A stretch of DNA of 64,000 nt from an uncultured bacterium (GTDB lineage: Bacteria; SAR324; NAC60-12), in contig CAXGMD010000006.1 of the NCBI GenBank assembly GCA_964010765.1, forward strand, positions 1,481 to 65,480, in the 5' to 3' direction. The position numbers were made by a program, and so were the translations under genes. This document shows positions 59,071-64,000 of the stretch, one piece after another. How positions within the stretch are numbered: position 1 is the stretch's first letter; each line of letters opens with the position of its first letter. The notes below the pieces were generated by a model. That model was not told the DNA's origin and did not search any database. It saw only the letters and a program-made list of their open reading frames with translations.

Positions 59071-60978
59071 TTAACGAACCGTTGAGCCAGGCACAACACT
59101 TTCTGGAATTTTTACCAATTCAAAGCCCTTTTCCGATTCGGCAAAAAGAATCATCCCTTCTGAAAGCACTCCTCTCAGCTTGGTTGGACGCAAGTTGCTG
59201 ACCACGATAACACGCTGTCCGATCAAGTCAGCAGGAGAGAACCTCGGAGCCACCCCAGAAACAATAGAGCGCAAGCGCCCTTCTCCCAGATCAACTTGTG
59301 AGTGCAGTAGCTTGTCTGATCCGGCGACAAGGGTGCAATCTCGAATCAGGCCAACCTTCAACTCAACTTTGTTGAATTCATCGATATTCAATGGAGTAGC
59401 TTCATATTCAGGAGCAGAATCTTCTTTGGGGGTTGGTGCTTCCTGTTGTGCTTTGGGTACCTGGATTTTAGGGAAGAGGGGTTCAGGCTTGGGGAGCGCT
59501 GTGCCGCTTTGCAATAATCCTGGCTGAAGCTCTGTCAGTTGAGGAGGACTTTCTAACCCAAGGGTTGTTGAGGCAAGCTTCATTTTTTCAGGCATTACCG
59601 GAGCAAGTAGGCCAATCAAGATGCGTGTGGCATCAAGGGCTGTGTAGAGCACGGCACCCAGACGCTCGCGTTGATCTGGTTGCTTGGCCAACTGCCATGG
59701 AGCTTGCTGCTGGAGATATCCATTGACTTGACTAGCCATCCAAGCGATGTGTTCGAGCGCCTTGTGTAGATAGAACTGACGGATAAATTCTTGTACTTGC
59801 TCCACTCCTTTTTGAAACTGTGCTCGGAGTTCTGTCTCTGCATCGGTCAATGCACCGCACTCAGGAACCAACTCGCTAAAGTTCTGGCGACTCAGGTTGA
59901 CACTTCGGCTAAGTAGGTTGCCAAAGTTATTCGCGAGATCGCCATTGTAGCGAGTGATGGCTAGTTCCTCAGTGAAGTTTGCGTCTTCACCAAAACTCAT
60001 GTCCCGTACGAGGAAGTAGCGCAGTCCATCCACTCCTAGCTTTTCTTTCATCGCCAGAGGATCGACCACATTTCCAAGGGTTTTGCTCATCTTGGATCCG
60101 CTGCTTACCCAGTGACCGTGCACGACCAATCTTGCGAAGGGTGTCATGCCAGCTGCCTTGAGCATGCAGGGCCAATAAACGGCATGGGTCTTCAGAATGT
60201 CTTTGCCAATGATATGGTGACAGACAGGCCAGTAGCGTTGGAACAACTCACCATCTGGACATTCGAGCGCAGAAGCGTAGTTCAGTAATGCATCAAACCA
60301 GACATAGGTCACAAAATCGCTGTCAAAAGGCAGTTCGATTCCCCAGGTCAGGCGTGATTTTGGACGTGAGATGCATAGGTCCTGCAGTGGATTTTCCAAA
60401 AATCGTAAGACTTCATTGCGATATCGTCCTGGATAGATCCAGTCAGGTTGATCCTTCAGCATTTGGACAAGCCAGTCTTGGTAAGCGCTCATCCGGAAGA
60501 AGTAATTGCGCTCCTGGCGAAACTCAGGGACTTTTTGGTGAGTTGGACATTGCCCTTCGACGAGCTCACTTTCGTTGAGAAATTCTTCACAACCCACACA
60601 ATAGTGGCCTTCGTATTCTTTTAGAAAAATTTCGCCGTTGTCATAAATTTGCTGCAGAATCTGTTGAACAGTTTTCTTGTGGCGTTCTTCGGTAGTGCGG
60701 ATGAACTGATCTGGTTCGATGTGTAGTTCAGGCCAAAGCTCTCTGAACTTTTGGGTCATCATGTCAACAAACGCCTGCGGCTCCATCTTCGCTTTGGCTG
60801 CAGATTCAGCGATTTTTTGGCCATGTTCATCGGTACCTGTGAGAAAGTAGGCATCTTCCCCGAACAGTCGCCGAAAACGGATGATTGCATCACTGACGAT
60901 GGTGGTGTAAGCGTGCCCAATGTGCGGATTGCTATTGACGTAGTAAATCGGCGTGGTGCAGTAGAAGGTCTGGCTCAT
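59071..60978 (-). CDS. metG: Methionyl-tRNA synthetase (with C-terminal EMAP/tRNA-binding domain)
   Basis: HIGHAYT and KMSKTLGN class I signatures. Zinc knuckle CVGCEEF...CPTH. Confidence 0.9.
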   Translation of the reverse strand: MSQTFYCTTPIYYVNSNPHIGHAYTTIVSDAIIRFRRLFGEDAYFLTGTDEHGQKIAESAAKAKMEPQAFVDMMTQKFRELWPELHIEPDQFIRTTEERHKKTVQQILQQIYDNGEIFLKEYEGHYCVGCEEFLNESELVEGQCPTHQKVPEFRQERNYFFRMSAYQDWLVQMLKDQPDWIYPGRYRNEVLRFLENPLQDLCISRPKSRLTWGIELPFDSDFVTYVWFDALLNYASALECPDGELFQRYWPVCHHIIGKDILKTHAVYWPCMLKAAGMTPFARLVVHGHWVSSGSKMSKTLGNVVDPLAMKEKLGVDGLRYFLVRDMSFGEDANFTEELAITRYNGDLANNFGNLLSRSVNLSRQNFSELVPECGALTDAETELRAQFQKGVEQVQEFIRQFYLHKALEHIAWMASQVNGYLQQQAPWQLAKQPDQRERLGAVLYTALDATRILIGLLAPVMPEKMKLASTTLGLESPPQLTELQPGLLQSGTALPKPEPLFPKIQVPKAQQEAPTPKEDSAPEYEATPLNIDEFNKVELKVGLIRDCTLVAGSDKLLHSQVDLGEGRLRSIVSGVAPRFSPADLIGQRVIVVSNLRPTKLRGVLSEGMILFAESEKGFELVKIPESVVPGSTVR

Positions 60979-61000
60979 GCGTTCCTACAGTGGCTGAGAA

Positions 61001-61300
61001 TCAATCAGAAGAGGGCAGGATAATTTGTGGATCTTCAGGGTGAGGGCGATAGAGTACAATGGTACGTCCTATGACCTGAATGATTTCTAATGCTGGCTGC
61101 TCTTCGAGAATTTTAGCGCTTTCCCGTGGTGTATTGGGAGCATTTTCCAACACCTTTAACTTGATCAACTCATGTTGTAAAAGAGCAGTGTTCAATTGCT
61201 CTAGGAACTGATCGCTGAGTCCATGTTTGCCCAACTGCAACAATGGTTTGAGTGAATGTGCAAGGGCACGAAGTGCGCGTCGTTGTTTTCCGGTCATCAT
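61001..61300 (-). CDS. yhbY: RNA-binding protein YhbY (CRM domain)
   Basis: LTGKQRRALRALAHSLKPLLQLGKHGLSDQFLEQLNTALLQHELIKLKV, the CRS1/YhbY signature. Start chosen at MMTGKQRR. Confidence 0.6.
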   Translation of the reverse strand: MMTGKQRRALRALAHSLKPLLQLGKHGLSDQFLEQLNTALLQHELIKLKVLENAPNTPRESAKILEEQPALEIIQVIGRTIVLYRPHPEDPQIILPSSD

Positions 61301-61372
61301 CAGAGAGTTGAGAGAAAAAACGTGCATTCCAACGAACTTTCTCTGCAAAAACAAGTGAATTTCGGTGTGATA

Positions 61373-62170
61373 ATGAAACGGAAATGGGGACAGCACTTTC
61401 TGGTACGGGAACGCTATGTACAACGTATGATTGAGTTGTCTGGTGTGCAGGCTGGGGAACAAGTGTTGGAAATCGGACCTGGCAGAGGAGTACTGACTAG
61501 AGCCCTGCTGGAAACGGGTGCTTTTGTGAAAGCAGTAGAAATTGATTCAAGCCTACAAGGTTTTCTGCAGCAGGAATTTGCAGGATCAGCTCAATTTCAA
61601 TTGTTATGTGGAGATGCGCTCAAGTTGCCAATTGAGGAGCTACTCCCTTCAAGTCAGCCAGCTCGAATTGTTGCCAACTTGCCTTATAATGTGGCAACAG
61701 CAATCTTCTTTCACCTGCTACCCTGGAGAGAATACTGGAATTCTTGGTCCTTGATGGTTCAGTACGAGGTTGCTCAACGAATCTGTGCTACTGCAGAAGG
61801 TGGTAAGGCGTTTGGTACACTCTCTCTTGCTGGAAGTCTCGGATTTGAACGTAAATTAGCTTTTGAAGTTCCCCCAGAAGCGTTTGCTCCACCTCCAAAA
61901 GTGAACTCTGCTGTCGTGCATTTGTGGCCAAGAAAAAGTGGCTGGAGCAATGAAGGAGAACAAAACTTTCTGGAATTTGTGAGGCGCCTCTTCCAACAAC
62001 GGCGAAAGACGTTGATAGGCAATCTGAAACAGCAGTTTCCAAATTGGTTTCAGCAGGAAAGAGAGAGTTTGGAGGAGCAATATTTGAAGTTGCGGCCTGA
62101 AAATCTGGAATTCGAGGACTGGTGCGAGTTATACCAACGATTTTGTGAGCGCGGACGTGCTCTTCATTAG
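61373..62170 (+). CDS. rsmA: 16S rRNA (adenine1518/1519-N6)-dimethyltransferase
   Basis: MKRKWGQHFL and VLEIGPGRGVLT (SAM motif I), KsgA family. Confidence 0.85.
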   Translation: MKRKWGQHFLVRERYVQRMIELSGVQAGEQVLEIGPGRGVLTRALLETGAFVKAVEIDSSLQGFLQQEFAGSAQFQLLCGDALKLPIEELLPSSQPARIVANLPYNVATAIFFHLLPWREYWNSWSLMVQYEVAQRICATAEGGKAFGTLSLAGSLGFERKLAFEVPPEAFAPPPKVNSAVVHLWPRKSGWSNEGEQNFLEFVRRLFQQRRKTLIGNLKQQFPNWFQQERESLEEQYLKLRPENLEFEDWCELYQRFCERGRALH

Positions 62171-62178
62171 AAGAAGAG

Positions 62179-62201
62179 AAAGCCTGCGGTGAAGCAGGCT
62201 T
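62179..62201. terminator. Hairpin aaagcctgc-ggtga-gcaggcttt between convergent rsmA (+) and hflK (-)
   Basis: 9-bp perfect stem. T-rich tract on the minus side (ttctcttcttc). Confidence 0.5.
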
Positions 62202-62207
62202 TGATGA

Positions 62208-63287
62208 TTAGCGCATGGTCGTGGATTGGCGGACTCCACTATCGGTATTAGCAGCGCGTCGAAGTTCATTAATTGGGAGGAATGGCATGAAATTTTGCCC
62301 CAGCTTCTCGTCAGCAATGACCTTGTTGACTCTGGGCAAGACCTCTTCCATTGTTTCGATGTAGATGCGAGCCTTGGTGATGTCTTTGGCTTTACGGTAT
62401 TCCTCAAAAATCTGCTCGAAGCGGCTTGCCTTTCCCTGTGCCAGCAGGACTGTCTGTTCAGCGTAGGACTGTGCTTCGTTCACTATTTGCACGCCTTCCC
62501 CCCGTGCTTTAGGAATCAGATTGTTCTTGTAGCCCTCAGCTTCATTGATCATTTTTTGTTGATCTTCGCGAGCACTGACCACATCCTTGAATGCTTCTTT
62601 AACCTCATCTGGGGGATGTACGTCCTGAAGCTTGACGTTCACAATGGAGATTCCAGAGTCGTAGCCTTTCAGGATTTCCTGTAGCAAGGTGGCCGTATTT
62701 GTTTCGATCAGGCTTTTGCCAACAGTCAGTGCATCCATTACCTTGGTATCTCCGATAACTTCACGCATGGCAGATTCAGATGCTGCACGTACTGTCGATT
62801 CTGGCTCGGTTAGGTTGTATAGGTAGCCTTCCAGATCATTGATGCGATACTGTACAGTGAACTGTACGTTGATAATATTTTCATCACCAGTAAGCATCAG
62901 GGATTCCTTCAGTACTTGCCGGTAACGAGCTGGAGGCCCCGGGTCAATGGTACGGAAGCCAATTTCAAGTCGGCGCACTTCTGTGACCTTCTCAATGTCT
63001 ATATTCTCGATAGGCGAGGGCAAATGGTAGTGCGGGCCAGGCCCAACGACGCGGTCAACAACTCCGAAACGCTTTACTACGGCTTGTTCTTGTGGATCAA
63101 CAATGAAAAATCCGGTTGCCAGCCAGACAGCGGCTGCAACAAAAATCAAAATTAGGCCTGCGTTGCCTTGAGGCAGACGGTGCCGGAAGCGATTCTGCAG
63201 ATTGTTCAGCAGTTCATCGACATTCGGCGGAGTTGGTTGTCGCTTGTCCCAGGGTGATTTACGAGGGGGCTTGTTCCAGGAGTCCAT
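62208..63287 (-). CDS. hflK: SPFH/band-7 protein, HflK-like protease modulator
   Basis: N-terminal TM LILIFVAAAVWLATGFFIV, then QEQAVVKRFG (HflK start of SPFH domain). Start chosen at MDSWNKPP. Confidence 0.7.
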   Translation of the reverse strand: MDSWNKPPRKSPWDKRQPTPPNVDELLNNLQNRFRHRLPQGNAGLILIFVAAAVWLATGFFIVDPQEQAVVKRFGVVDRVVGPGPHYHLPSPIENIDIEKVTEVRRLEIGFRTIDPGPPARYRQVLKESLMLTGDENIINVQFTVQYRINDLEGYLYNLTEPESTVRAASESAMREVIGDTKVMDALTVGKSLIETNTATLLQEILKGYDSGISIVNVKLQDVHPPDEVKEAFKDVVSAREDQQKMINEAEGYKNNLIPKARGEGVQIVNEAQSYAEQTVLLAQGKASRFEQIFEEYRKAKDITKARIYIETMEEVLPRVNKVIADEKLGQNFMPFLPINELRRAANTDSGVRQSTTMR

Positions 63288-63379
63288 GAGGTCCGTTTGT
63301 AGAAGTTGGGCGTTGGTACTCTTTGCTAACAGCCTAGAAAGCAGGGCAGAAAATACAAGGAAATTCGATGGTTGCCAAT

Positions 63380-64000
63380 TTAGGCAGTCAGAATTTCTGA
63401 GCCATTGGTAGTGACCCGAATGGTGTGCTCCCACTGGGCGGAAAGCGATCCGTCCTGCGTGACAGCCGTCCATCCATCGCTGAGCAATTTACATTCTGGA
63501 CGGCCGATATTGATCATCGGTTCAATGGTGAAGACCATATTGGGTTGAAGCAATACGCCCGTATTGGGCTTGCCATAATGGAGAATTTGAGGCTCTTCGT
63601 GGAATTCAATACCAACTCCATGACCAGCGAAGTCTCTGACAACAGAATAGCCCAGACCCTCTGCGTGAGTCTGAATTGCGTGGCCAATGTCTCCAGTAGT
63701 TTTACCAGGCTTCACTTGCTGTATACCAATCTGCAGGCATTGTTGTGTAATATCGACTAAGTTTTTTGCTTCTTCCGAGACATCTCCAATCAGGAACATC
63801 CTGCTTGCGTCACCATAATATCCATCGAGGATACTAGTAACATCGACATTGATAATGTCCCCCTCCTTCAGTACTTCATTGCCGGGAATTCCATGACAGA
63901 TAACATTGTTGACCGAAGTGCAAACGCTCTTGGGAAATCCTACTGCTGATTTGCCACGATAATTGAGTGGTGCAGGGTAGGCGTTGTTGGCCAAGGTTTC
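63380..64000 (-). CDS. map: Methionine aminopeptidase type I, 3'-portion; N-terminus lies beyond the window end
   Basis: VCHGIP...DIINVDV...FAGHGVG...HEEP: MetAP metal-binding residues. Confidence 0.8.
   Translation of the reverse strand, partial: ETLANNAYPAPLNYRGKSAVGFPKSVCTSVNNVICHGIPGNEVLKEGDIINVDVTSILDGYYGDASRMFLIGDVSEEAKNLVDITQQCLQIGIQQVKPGKTTGDIGHAIQTHAEGLGYSVVRDFAGHGVGIEFHEEPQILHYGKPNTGVLLQPNMVFTIEPMINIGRPECKLLSDGWTAVTQDGSLSAQWEHTIRVTTNGSEILTA

Noticed and set aside
1-64000. CRISPR arrays, transposases, integrases, tRNA genes
   Set aside because: Scanned by eye. No regular repeat-spacer structure, no DDE/tyrosine recombinase-like ORFs and no tRNA cloverleaf were seen, apart from the tRNA-like end of tmRNA.

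Overview
This looks like a 64-kb bacterial chromosomal segment, about 50% GC and mostly normal core genes, with a low-GC accessory patchwork in the middle.

The left flank holds a 5'-truncated flagellin, mnmE, a MoaB/MogA-family gene, a double-HTH coiled-coil protein coupled to a dynamin-like GTPase, TatD, rnc, rluB, a FapA/DUF342–pentapeptide operon, dapA, nusB, pncB, a NUDIX gene, tldD/pmbA, a histidine kinase and an MFS transporter. The right flank holds a spermidine operon with two tandem AdoMetDC paralogs plus speE, a CDGSH protein, a membrane GTPase, a ThyX-like gene, a contiguous nuoA-B-C-D-H-I block with no E/F/G and no J–N nearby, metG, yhbY, rsmA, hflK and a partial map.

The accessory region, about 27.9–46.1 kb, is AT-rich and mosaic. 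It ends at a one-piece tmRNA (ssrA, minus strand, 46127..46496) whose 3' end is echoed by decayed att-like direct repeats at 43079 and, more weakly, at 37145 and 42926. This fits stacked remnants of tmRNA-targeted islands, though no integrase is visible.

The most interesting call is a MerB-family (organomercurial-lyase-like) gene at 32611..33069. It has an in-frame TGA exactly at the position of the catalytic Cys of MerB. A perfect 10-bp stem-loop starts 11 nt downstream, consistent with a bacterial SECIS, so this is a candidate new selenoprotein.

Other notable items:
- a HiPIP.
- a thermonuclease with a C-terminal TM tail.
- a DRR-repeat mini-protein with a long leader.
- a metallophosphatase–tetraheme cytochrome fusion.
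- a diheme cytochrome c flanked by an 87-aa paralog pair.
- a divergent second AdoMetDC paralog.

No CRISPR array, transposase or integrase was recognised.
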